DNA of 63,990 nt, the filler included, from Reclinomonas americana ATCC 50394 (lineage: Eukaryota): assembly GCA_048213135.1 (NCBI GenBank). It is 9 parts of 9 records of this genome, joined end to end, with 100 filler letters (N's around TTAATTAATTAA, not from the genome) between each part and the next. Parts side by side here need not be neighbours in the genome. Positions count along the whole stretch, not along the records: positions 3,816 to 12,456 come from AFZH01017548.1; positions 12,557 to 22,134 come from AFZH01017549.1; positions 22,235 to 36,534 come from AFZH01017552.1; 6 more parts are not named here. One strand, written 5' to 3'. The position numbers were made by a program, and so were the translations under genes. Under the pieces are notes generated by a model. That model was not told the DNA's origin and made no database searches. It worked only from the letters and a program-made list of their open reading frames with translations. Of this stretch, positions 10,706-28,343 are shown one piece after another. Position 1 is the first letter of the stretch. Every line of letters starts with the position of its first letter.

Positions 10706-13700
10706 TCATCGCCGCCGGCCACTTGCTCTGTCTAGCTCGCTGCGACCTGCTGTCGCCGGTTTGCTGTGGTGACGCTGTTGTTGTTGTTGTTGGTGCTGCT
10801 GCTGTTGTTGTATCAGCGGGGCCGCACGCGGCGGAGGGCCACCGCGCGTGGGAGCACGCAGAGCCGATGCACTGGGACTGGCGGGCAATGGTGCCTCCAG
10901 TGGCGCTTCTGCCGATCGATCAAAAGCCGAGCGCAGCAGAGGCGGAACAATGACGGGCACTCGACGAGACATGCCCTGCAGCTCCACGCTGACGTCGCCG
11001 GTGGATGCCACAGGAACTGGCCCTTGGTCATCGTCGTACAGGTCGTCCATGTCGGAGCCGCTGAACTCGCCCTCTTCGTCTTCCTGGTAGTCACCGCTGG
11101 AGCCACTTGAGTCGGAGCCGCCGGAGCGCGGGGTTGTCACAGCGGCCGCTGAAACGCCGGTGCGCTGCAACACACTGTTGTAAGCGAATCGAAACAAAAC
11201 GCCGAGCACGACTCTCTCTCTGTGGCGAAACTGTTGGTGGCTGCGGAACATGCCGCCGTCCGCGTGACCGCGGGCTCTGTTGCGGCCCGTAGTGATCCCG
11301 TGGAGACGGCTGGTCCATTCCGGCTGCCGAGAACGGGGCGTGTGACGCATGCAGTGCGTACGGAGAGCCCGGTGAACGTGGCGACAGTGGCACTTGCGGA
11401 CCAGCGCCGCTGTCTCCATTTGCGTGTGGGTGGTGTTGCGGTGAGAGCGCCAGAATCGGTCGACTGGCCACCGGCAAGTTCTCCTCGTGCTTGGACGAGA
11501 AGATGAGGTGGGACAAGTGGTGTTCCTGCGGCACAGACTGCCATGAGCACAACCACCACCACCATCATGTTCATCGCATCAGTCGAACAAAGTAGCACGC
11601 AACAGTGGAGAAGCGTCGCTTCAGCTCGGAGCGCGTGAGCGAGCGGCCAGGCATGCGGAAGTTTGTCGGGCTCATGACCAGCGGCATGCCCGACAAGTGA
11701 GAGTCGTTGACGGTGGCAAACGAGTCGTCACCACCTGCGGCACCAGTACCGCCAGCTGCTCCACCGTCACTGGAAGCGCCGGGGCTGTGGTCCGGGTACA
11801 TGAAGGAGAGGAACGTGCCGCTGACGCGAGACCGACGGCCGGCCTCGGAGCCTGGAACGCTGAGCAGTGACACGCGCGGCGATGCAGCACGCTTTACCGC
11901 GACGACAGCGATTGTGAGAACCGGGGTGCACGTGGACAGAGAGGAAGAGAGAGCGCACGCACCGCATCGTCGTCCTCAGCATGGCCACAGTTGAGAAGGA
12001 CGTGTCCGAGAGCCTCGACTGTGCGCTGAGTGCCCTGCACCAGCGTCTCCTCCACCGTGTCGTCTTGGATGCCTTCCAGCAGGGCCGAGTGATTGTGCGA
12101 GAGTGACACCTGTTGGATCCGCTCGCCACTGCCGCGGAATTCACGAAACATTGAGTTTTCAGGCGATTCATCATGAATCCATCAGTGAACGAGAGAGCTG
12201 ACTCACCTGCGCACACAGCTGTGCACTGCAACATCCAACACGCGTGTGGCATCCTTCCACCACGGACTGTAGAGGAAGCGAGCAATCGTGTGCAAGAGGC
12301 GACGCACGGTATCGGGAGACGACGATGCCTCGCCAATGTTGATGTTGAGAAGAAGCGAGTGCAAGAGGCACAACACCGGCTGATGGTACGGACTCTCGCC
12401 TGACGGTGAGAGAGGTTGAGTAGCCATGAAATGGTAAGGCAAGAAGTCACACACACNNNNNNNNNNNNNNNNNNNNNNNNNNNNNNNNNNNNNNNNNNNN
12501 TTAATTAATTAANNNNNNNNNNNNNNNNNNNNNNNNNNNNNNNNNNNNNNNNNNNNACACCGCGTTCGAGAAGATCTCGCAGGTAGGTGAATGCGACATC
12601 CTGGAACTCGGGGAAGAACTCTTCGCAGAAGGGTTTGCGCAAGTCGAGCAAGAACTGCTCCAGCGAGTGGTAGTTGCTCTTGGCGCAACGCGCAAACACC
12701 TTGGCCAGCTTGTGACGACCGGCATTCTGCCAGGAGAACAAAGGGGCGTCACCAAAGCAGTGCGGAACGCATCACAACACCAACATCGCAAGTCACCTCT
12801 AATGACTGCGACAACGCCTCGGCCGCCTTGGTGAACTGCTGCGGACCAAGAGAGCGCGCCTCCAGGTCGTCATAGTGACGGGCACCTTCCGGCAAGTTCA
12901 CTCGCGGTCGCGTAGCATCACTGCCGGTGACCACCAGATCCGGTCCTGCATGCAAACGAGCATGAGAGAGGCATATAGCGAGTGGGGAAAAAAACGGCAG
13001 CCACCGTACCTCCAAGTCGTGGCAACCCCAATCGCATGACGCTAGTGTGTGGATCGGCAACATGCTCATGGTGCGACTCGCCCATCTCCTGATCGCCGCA
13101 AGTGAGTGGTGTGCAGACCATGTAGAGGTGCAAGGGAGATAAACGTACCGAATGCAGACTAGCAAGGTCCGACATGCCCGCAGCACCGGTGGACTCGTGG
13201 AGGCACATGCACAGCCACGGCAAGAGCCCCATCTGCGACAAGAATTGCAGTCAGCCTTACTCCGTTCGGCAAGGTACTGCACGAGTGCGCGCACCAAATT
13301 GTAGAAAATGGGAGCATCACTCGAGTCGAAGATATGATCGCACGGGTGCTGTGTCATGCCCACCAACAACTGCCACGTGCACGCATGTTGAGAAGAGGCA
13401 AATGAAATCAAAATGACTTGCCATCGACAAACCTGAATCGCCAGCGGTCCCGTCTCCGGCGACAGCACACCCTTCATCACCAGCGGCTGCACACCAGTAA
13501 AAAATCGCTCCCTGCAGACGAACGTCAAGTAAAAGACGTGAGAAGAGAACTGTGGCGTGCACTCACCAGTGTGGCAGACTCAGCAGCACGTTCCGCGTGG
13601 CGCTCTGCGAAAAATTGAGACGCTCGACGACGAGCACCAACAAGCCAAGAGCCTCTGCAATCAGTGGTAAGAACACAGACCATACGCTTGGAGTGGAGCG

Positions 13701-16700
13701 CGCGCGGCGGGGATCACGCAACGCTTGAATAGCTGCACAAAATCAGTGTACAAGAGCGCAACGGCGCCCCAGAACAAGTGCGGGAACATGATGAGTTTCG
13801 ACGAGTCCATGTCGGCCACCACCGCCTGCAGTGTGCGCAGTGCCTCGAGCGCCATTGCCAGCACTCGCGAGCTCGGATTGGTGAGCGACGACAACACACA
13901 TTCGAGAAGCCAGGTGGTGCCTTCCGCGCCAGCTCCACACGCCAGGGCACGGAACACCTGCATCGATCGCATGCGCACATGCAACCCGCATCGGCCATCG
14001 CATCCGCGGCGCAGAGCTGCAGTGAAATGGGGAGGAGGGAGGCTGAGTGAACACTCGGGGCACGATAACAGATCATCAAGATGCCACGACACCTTCTTGG
14101 CTCCACTCCTCGGCCAACTGGCGATACTGGCTAAAGACTTGCACCAGATTGGTGACAAACGTATGCAGCACTCGCGCGCTGCTGATTGTCGGCGACTCCA
14201 ACGTCACCTGTTGTACAACACGTGCGCGTGAGCACAAAAAACAAGAGGCAGAGATGGCGCAGAACGGCTGACCTCCTCGTAGGTCCACAGAGGCGACAGC
14301 AAGCGATCCTCCATGTACGCCTGGAACACTCGAGCACGCTCGAAGCGCTCAATCTCCTCCAGAGACTCGCCCTGAGCGTCGGCCTCCGCAATGACCAACG
14401 CGTGAACCGCACTCAGGATCAATCGCTTCGCACTCTCAAACACCAACGCCACCGGATGGTCGATGCGCACCACGGAGCACTGCACAAACAAGGAGGTTTG
14501 ACATGACGCCTCATTGATGAATAGTAGCAGACGACGACGCCACGCAACGTGGAGCATGATTGGCAGCCTGGTGCGCAGGTGCTCCTCCGAGCACTCATAC
14601 ACCACTTCGCTGAGCAGGGCAACTGCGATATCGCCAATCAGCAGCGACGACGACGCCGTGACAGACGACTCGGAGTTGGAGGTCGGTGGTGGTGACGCGG
14701 CGGCGGCACTGGCCTCCGCGTGGCTCACACGTGTTGACGTACGACGCTGCATCGCGAGTCACACACACACAACGACGCGGCACGACACGACAACAAAGAA
14801 ACACGGCAGCCAGTACCTTGGGTGACAGAGCGCCAGTTTCGTCGTAGTCTGTGGGCTGATAAAAATCCTCGTACGCCGTGTGCGTATTGAGGTGCTCGAC
14901 TAACGAGTCAATGGTTTGACTCGGCGCTTGCTGGCACATGGCCACGGCCAGACGCTTCATCACGTCGACTGTGGAATGATCGGGAATGCCGGCGGCCACC
15001 GCCTGCTGCAACATGTACGACACGAGGCTTGCCACGTTGTCTGCGTTGCTGACAAATTCCACCATCAGAGAGATGAATTCGACACGATGCGCCTCGCCGT
15101 ATTGCGCAAACATGGAGTAGAACAGTGGGACCAGTTCTACACGCATGCATAACACACACACAGATGAGACGGGAAGGCAAAGCAACGCACTCTGTATGGT
15201 CGCTGCATACCTTTCTCGGTCGAAAAGCCCACCGAAGCGATCCACGGCACGAGGCACGCAAGAAGGCGTCGCTGCTTCTCCGCCACCAAACCCTCCAGTC
15301 GTCGATAAATGTTGACAAACACTTGCGACGCCATTCCCGGGTGCGACAGCGCCAACTCCACCGACAGGCGCTCTTGCGTTGTAAAGTAGCTCTCCGGCGT
15401 GTTGCTGGTGCATGTCACACGAATAGGCGTATTCACTGAGAGAGAGAGAGAGAGACACCGTCAGTGGCACCACCAAGCGAATGAACAGACAAACACCACA
15501 AGTGCACCATCGTTGTTCTCCTTGGCCACAATCGTGTGCAGCACTTGCAGACCACAGATGCGCACCGAGCGTGCCGTGTCGCCCAACATGAGGAGCGCCA
15601 GCACAACAAGCACCCACACATCGACATCCAAGTCCGAGTCACCCAACACACCCACAATCGCTTTCGAGTAGCTGTGGTATCGTAGAAACACGGTCATTGC
15701 ACGGCCCACTGACAAGGGCGAGTAAAAATCCGCCAATACACACACCCTTTGGAGATGCGCGGGTTCGAGCTGAAGCACATGTCCATGCAGCGGTGTGCAA
15801 GATACTTGTTGCTGGTGATCAGGTTGCGCACCCCAGAGACACCCGTGAGACGCAAGTGGTGGAACTGAGAGCACACGGTGTCATCGATCCACAAAATGAT
15901 GCGGTCCAGCTCATCCTGTGCGTCCGCCGAGTCGTGCGGCAGCGACCTACCAGTACAACAGCGATAGGTGAGCAATGGTAGTGAACAGAAAGGGGCACGG
16001 GTTGCAGCAATAGCACGCAACATGCCGCTCATCAGTGCCGCACATGCCGAGCACGCCGCCAAACGGAGACGATCGCATCGCTGCATGAACGACGCGTGAG
16101 CCGCTTGTGCCTCACCGGCGTCCTTGTATTTGCCAATGCGTCGCTCAAACGACCTGCTCTCGCTCAGCACGCGGAGCAAACGAAGAGCCTCAAGTGGACA
16201 ATGTGTACACGCACCTGCCAACATCACGAGCGCATTCGACGCCGTCCTTGCCGAATCCGCTGAGTCGCATCGAAAACTTGAACATGCGGAAGCGATGCTC
16301 GTTGGACAGCAATGTATATCTGCCGAGGGAGGGGTAGGGTGTCAGTGAGATGCAGAAAAGGGACTGCCGGAGAAAAATCACACGCAACCGCTGCGCCGCG
16401 TGAATGGACTCGGCGAGAACGCGACACGCAATGAGCTGCTCGTGAATCAATGGATCCAGCTCCGGCACTGCAGCCATTTTTAAAATCCATTCTCAGTACT
16501 GCGCGGTGAAGTAAGAGAGACATCGTCACGCATGCGCGTACCGTAGTCGGTGACTGACGGTTCCAGGTAATAAACATTGTAGACGAGGTACATGACCACG
16601 TCCTCCATCAGCAGTTCCTTTTCTTGAATCACCGACGGCGGATTGCTTTCCAGCAACAACCTAAAGAGACGTGGCCAACGAGTCAAGGAGTTAACTGTAC

Positions 16701-19700
16701 AACTTGCGCGTGGCTGACTGCAGTGGCAGCGAGCGATAACCAAGGATATGAGTCAGGCGCATTCGCAGTTTCTCCTTGCGCGGCTTGCTGCGCTGGCCTT
16801 GTCGCACGTGCAGCACGTCATTGCGTAGAGGGCCCAACGCCTCTGACAGTACCTCCCATGCGGAACCACCCTGCACACGGCCGAGAGCCTCCACGGCGGC
16901 ATCGGCCAGCGTGTCTGCCATTGTGCCGACAGCTGTCGATGCCAGGTTGGAAGTCAGCTGGATCCCCACAAAAAATGTACCCCACCAGCAACACTGAAGC
17001 ACACGAAACTGCCGAAAGAGAATCCCGGTGACGCAAAGGGAGAGTGCGGCAGTGCACTCGATACGTGTGGAGTCGACTCCTTGCCAGAGCCCATGAGCAG
17101 GAGAGTGCACAGGCGCTGGCACAGGGCTTCCACCGACTGAATGGAGGCCAGCGGACTGCCACGCGGCACGGCCACACCCGCGGCCGCTGTGCACGACATC
17201 GGATCAGCAACTGATGGTGTGCGCATTGTGTGCACTGAGGGAGAGAGAAGACGTACCGCCGGCAGACTGGGAGCTGAAACCGCCAGGCAAGTCGGTGAGC
17301 GAGCAGGCAAATACGCACTGATTCGTCCACGTGCCGACCACCAGCGAGTCGACCTCCGACTGGCCATCCATCGAGCCCAGCAAATACTGTATGCTGGCCA
17401 GAACACCCTGCAGAGCAACCACGGCCACCTTTGGGCAGAAGGAGAGCAGCAGTCGCGCCAGTTCGCCCACACACGCCATCCACAAGCGCGGCGATGTGCT
17501 GGCCTCCGACGACACCGACTGCAGTGTTTCAGACTTGCTCGGCATCACCAGGCCGCTCGACAATGCATGGCCGCCCAGATCACCACCAACTGTGCGTGAG
17601 GAGAAGGGAGACGATGAGGCGAAACGAGACGCTGTCACTCGCTCTGCATGCGTCGCAGGCCAACCGTATTGTGCTTCTGGGGGTCCGACGGCGAGCAGCG
17701 GGCCCTGCATGTTCCAACGAATGCGATTGCGGGCACGTCGCACAATCTCCGCCCCCGCCTCCATGATGACATCGCTCACACGCGTGTCGCTCTCTGTGCC
17801 TCATCGTGAGCATCGGCGCCATGTTCACAATGAACAAATTACTATATCACACCTTCTTCGTGAGACTCGTCCACCTCCCGACTGAGGCCGTGCTCATCCA
17901 GCAAGAGAGTCGCCAGAGTGCGCACATCCACCAGCAGCTCAAACGCATACTCTCTGTGTGTGCGCGTACTTCTTGTCAACAACGTTTGTCTCGACCACAA
18001 ACACATGACAAAGTAACGAAACCTGGCGCGCGGGTTCACAGAGAGCAGCAAGGCGACCAGACGTCCCTCTAATTCATACGGAGAGAACCGATCGGCTCCT
18101 GGCATCTCCGCAGCCTGCACGCGACAAGTGAGTGGGGATGGAAGCCATACGGAATGGATTGTGTGCGCGTCGTACCGAGGCTGCGGTGGACACGTCACTC
18201 TGCACCATCGACTGCGCCTTGTGCACGCTGTCGACCCAATGTTCGTACGCCGCGCGCAGTTGTGTCAAAAAGAACTCCTGTGTCTGCACCAGGTTCGGCG
18301 GAATGCCGACAGCAAACTCAGTCAATGCCGTGATGAGAGGAGCGCGCAGTCCCGGCCGCTGCTCGATCAGCACGTGCACGCAGCGCCAGGCCTCGATTTG
18401 AGTCTCTGTTGGTGAGAGGGAGAGAGAGAGATTGTGGAATGAGACAAGTGAGGCGGCAGGCGAGAGGATGGCATGGTCACACCTTCGTCCATGTGCACGC
18501 AAGCACGGCAAATGACGTCGGTGATCTCATTGAGCGTGTAGTCACTCGGCAGAACGCGGCCCAGCACCGAGACCAGGGTGCGATACGTAAAGAGAGGTGG
18601 TTGGCGATCCTTGGAAGACAATTCTGCGAATAGCACCGAGAGAGAGAGAAGTGAGAAGGAGGGAGGGAGGGAGGGAGAGGTGGGAGGGAGAGGAAGGGAG
18701 AGGTGGGAGGGAGAGGGAGGGAGAGGGAGGGAGGGAGAGGTGGGAGGGAGAGGGAGGGAGGGAGAGGGAGGGAGGGAGGGAGGGAGAGGGAGAGAAAAGA
18801 GGGAGCAAGAGAGAGAGACACAAAGAAGACAGGCACACAAACAGAGAGTGAAGGCAGGTATTGACACATATGCACACAGGCACACAGGCACACAGACACA
18901 AAGGCATACAGGCACACAGACAGAAAGAGAGAGAAAGAGAGAGAGAGACAGGCAGATACAAAGACACACAGACACACGGGCACAGAGACAGACAGACAGA
19001 CAGACAGTGAGGGGCATAATAGTTATCGTCGTCAATAATCTGGCAAACCTGGCAGGTTTTTCGGCAGCGGCTGCGACGTCAGGTACCAGCCGACCATGTT
19101 GTCGCACGCTCGCAACGCGCGCGCGAGATGCAGCGAAACGGCAGGAAGCTGAGCGGTGAGCGCTTCGGTCGAAAGACCCGAAGCCGCCTCGGGGCCACCG
19201 GCAGCCGCGGCAAAGTCGCCCAACTGCACGTGCACCCGTGTTGCGTCATCACTGAAAAAAGCGGGGAGGATGAGCACCGGTAGTTGCCCGGCAAGAGCAG
19301 CGGCACTCGCTGTTACGCAACGCCAGCTCCGCCTGGTACTTCCAGCGGCGAATGGTGGAGAATGGCGACTTGCCGAGCTGGCGACCGAATCCGAATCCCA
19401 TGACATCCGCAATGTTGGTCGCCGACGGCGCACTGCCCGACGAGTCATCCTCGGACATCATCGACACACCGGAGTGCAGCCGGCCGTGTGCGCCAGCACC
19501 TCGTGACTGCACCGGTTGCGAGTAGTGTGCGTGGTGGCCGCCGCGGTACTGGCGATGGTGGTGATGCAGGCTGTGCGCTCGTCTGTGTGTGCAGCAACAG
19601 CAGTCCATGGGAAAGAAGGAGAGGAAAGGAGAGGAAAAGAGAGAGAGGAGAGAAGAAAAGAGGATAGATGTGAAAGCTAGCAAGGACACTTGAGCATGCA

Positions 19701-22066
19701 CATGCAAGAGAGAGAGAGAGAAGGAGAGGAGAGAGGAGACTGGGGAGAGAAGGAGACTGAGACGGAATAAGAATAAGAGGATAGAATGCGAAGTTACCAA
19801 GGACACATGAGCATGCGCACACACATCCAGAGAGAGAGGAGGAGGAAGAGGAGAAGAAGAAGAAGAAGAAGATAGAATGTGAAAGGTTTAAAGGACACTT
19901 GAGCATGCACACGCAAGAGAGAGAGAGAAGGAGAGGAGAGAGGAGACTGAGGAGAGAAGGAGACTGAGACGGGAAAAGAAGAATAAGAGAATAAATTGCG
20001 AGTGCAGAACAAGGGTACTCGAGCAGGCGCGAAGAGAGAGAAGGAGAGAAAGAGAGAGAGATGGAGGACACCAACCGCAGTGAAAAGTCGCCAGCAGAGG
20101 TCACGGACGACATGGTGGGCATGTGCTGGTGACTTTGGTGCGGTGCGTAGTGGCGGAATCGCGAGTCCTCCACACCGTCGGCAGACGACGACATGTCCGA
20201 CGCACCCGCCGGCAACACCGCCATGTGCCCCGACGGATTGCTGTGGCGAGCCATGAGACGCGACAACCATGCCGGCTGATTGGTGGCCGAGGGGATGTTC
20301 TGTGGCACGAATGCGTCTGTCAGTGACAAGGTCGAGGGCTGCAACAAAACCAAGAACCAAATCACCTTGCCAGAGAGCAGGCCCTGGAACTCGTTCAACA
20401 GCACCACGGCACGGAAGCCAAGCAACACATTCGTACACAGTCAAGCAGTCAAGGACACGAACACACACACACTGTTAAACAGGCACAAGAGCGACAAACA
20501 ATGACAAAAAGGATATTCCGAATACACGGGCTCGTTGAGCAGCGGAATGACAATGTGGTTGAGCGTGTAGTGTGGCCGCCTCGAGCACAGCACCACAATC
20601 AGATCCGACAGCACGTCGTAGAGCTCCTCACGCGCACTCGACGGTGGCTGCTTCGACGGCGACATGATCACATTGTGGAATATCACGTCGATGCGTTTGT
20701 GAATCTGCGGTGCGGCCGGGCGAGGTGAGTGGATGGAGAAAAGGTGAGTATTGTGTTGACACGCTGCCATTACCTCGTTGTTGTGCTCGATTGCTGTCGA
20801 CTGCGAAATGTCAACGTACGCAAACAGGCGGCCAAGGACGTGCACCAGGCTGTCCGAGGCGATGATGCGACGGTGCACCGAGCTCTGTGCACGCACTCCA
20901 AGTCAGGAGAGACATGTTTAACAGGAGCCACGCGCTCCTCCACTCACTGTTCCCTTGTGCTTCACAGAAAGCTTGTCAATGAGTGCCCATGCGTTCTGAA
21001 AGAAGAATGCCTTGTCGCACACGGCCAGCAGAGAAACGAGAGTCGCCGTGGCGGCCTGCAAACACAAGAAGAATACATGAGAAAGAGAGAGAGGACATAC
21101 ACACCTCTTCCGTTTCACGCAAGATGCGCAACTGCCGTGTACTTTTTCTTCGCCGACCACTTGTTGATGCTCTGGTAGAGGGTTTGGATGACGGCACGAA
21201 AGTCGGTCCAGTCGGCACCGACGTCCTCGGCGGCGCCGATCGGGCTCAACATGCTAAAAGGGGGGAAAGTGGGGGTGAGGGAAGGGGATAAAGGGGAAAG
21301 GAAAGGGGAGAGAAAGAAAAACGAATAGATGCTGAGCAAATGAGGAGGAGTAAGCACACGCAACGACGACAGCGCCTCGCAGATGGCCAGCTTGACGGCC
21401 TCCCGCTTCGCCTTCTTCATCACGTTGATAAACAAACTCAACGCCTGCACCGTCATCTGCAGCTCGTGGTCGTTCGACACACGCAGCCGCACAAAGCGAA
21501 GCGCACGGAGTAGGTGACCGGCCTGCGTGCGAGCCGTCGAGTTGCCACCGAGGCGAGACTATCGCAGCGCACGCAGTAAGCACACAACAACAACAACAAA
21601 GAAACAAGCGTGATTGTCGTCTTGCCGCTCACCTGCACGGCCACCATGACCTCCTGAAAGGCGGGATTGAGGCGATCGCCGCAGTCGGCCAGCGCCGCAA
21701 ACAACTTGCCGAGGGCATCAATGACCGAGCGACGACTCTCGCGCACCGCCGTGTTCGCCACTGAAATGTACCGATCGGCGTCGGTGATGCGCTCGACGCA
21801 GTACGCCTCCAGATCCAGCGTGGTGCGCAGTGACGTCGAAGCGCCGCCGCCCGACGCGCGCCACACACGCAGCGCCGAGGTCATCAGACGGGCGCCGACG
21901 TACGAGATGCATGCCTCGCGAAGGTCCAGGTATCGCTGATCATGAGGAGGGGGGAAGAGAGGGACGCAGGGAAGAAGGAGGGAGGCGTGAGAAGAGGGCA
22001 TGAGGCACAGAGGAGGGGCGATGCGAGGAAGAGAGAGGAAGAGATGACAGTGAGAGAGAGAGAGAG

Positions 22067-22125
<59 letters not shown>

Positions 22126-22250
22126 GAGGAGAGANNNNNNNNNNNNNNNNNNNNNNNNNNNNNNNNNNNNNNNNNNNNTTAATTAATTAANNNNNNNNNN
22201 NNNNNNNNNNNNNNNNNNNNNNNNNNNNNNNNNNTCCTCTCTCTCTCTCA

Positions 22251-22304
<54 letters not shown>

Positions 22305-22470
22305 CCTCCCTTTCCCTCCCTCTCACCTGCATCCTCGCGCCCTCATTATCCGCAATCTCATTCAACGCCGTGTTCGGCGCCCACAGCTCCATCAACTCCC
22401 CTTGCTCCTCCTCCTGCTCTCCAACCGCCAAAGAAGAAGACGACGAGGAGGAGAACACACGCGACGACAT
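10706..22470 (-). CDS. FRY: Furry/TAO3(PAG1)/MOR2 cell morphogenesis scaffold protein (spans two gaps; start codon uncertain)
   Basis: Motifs KLAICEALSSMLSPIG, INKWSAKKK, TLVSLLAVCDKAFF, LRMRLTRLFRLL, ACSACAALMSG, RLPIMLH..DHP..FESAKRLI, FPHLFWGAVALLYTDFV, FTYLRDLLERG, SPWWKDATRVLDVAV occur in Furry order. Low-complexity C-terminal tail ends at stop 10706. Confidence 0.85.
16671..16749 (-). other. U12-type AT-AC intron (in FRY)
   Basis: Minus strand reads C|ATATCCTTG...TCCTTGAC-tcgttggcc-AC|GT. Removal restores LRMRLT-R-LFRLLLE. Confidence 0.88.
19684..19990. repeat. intronic direct duplication (~90 bp, two copies plus a partial one) in GA-rich FRY intron
   Basis: GGACACTTGAGCATGCACAyGCAAGAGAG...GGAGACTGAGACGG at ~19684 and ~19893; partial copy GGACACATGAGCATGC at 19801. 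Confidence 0.75.
20433..20516 (-). other. U12-type AT-AC intron (in FRY)
   Basis: Minus strand reads GA|ATATCCTTT...TCCTTGAC-tgcttgactgtgt-AC|G. Removal gives EPVYS-E-NVLLGFRAVVLL. Confidence 0.88.
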
Positions 22471-22669
22471 GGCATGCCCTGCACTGCACACAACAAACTT
22501 GCCACTGTGACTGCTGCTGCTGCTGCTGCTCACAGGCGACCACATGCCTCCTCGCAGCGCGCGGCTGCTCAGCACAGAGGAGAACGCTCGGCGCAACATT
22601 CCACACACACAAACAAAAGTGACTTTCATCATGCTCGCTCTGTCTCTCACTGTCTCTCTTGTGCAAAAA

Positions 22670-28256
<5,587 letters not shown>

Positions 28257-28343
28257 GCGAAGGAGCGCTTCTGTCGGCAGAAATGAATGAATGGGACGAA
28301 AAAAAGAGAATGTTGCAATCGTGGGAGCGATGTCTCTCGTTCT

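Noticed and set aside
16661..16703. Alternative short GT-AG intron in FRY (AA|GTTGTA..TTTAG)
   Set aside because: Unusually short (43 nt) and adds non-conserved residues. The AT-AC model fits the U12 consensus and Furry sequence better.
18630..19020. GA/GGGA/CA microsatellite tracts (also 1-110, 22050-22300) giving RE- or SL-rich ORFs
   Set aside because: Intronic simple repeats, not coding.
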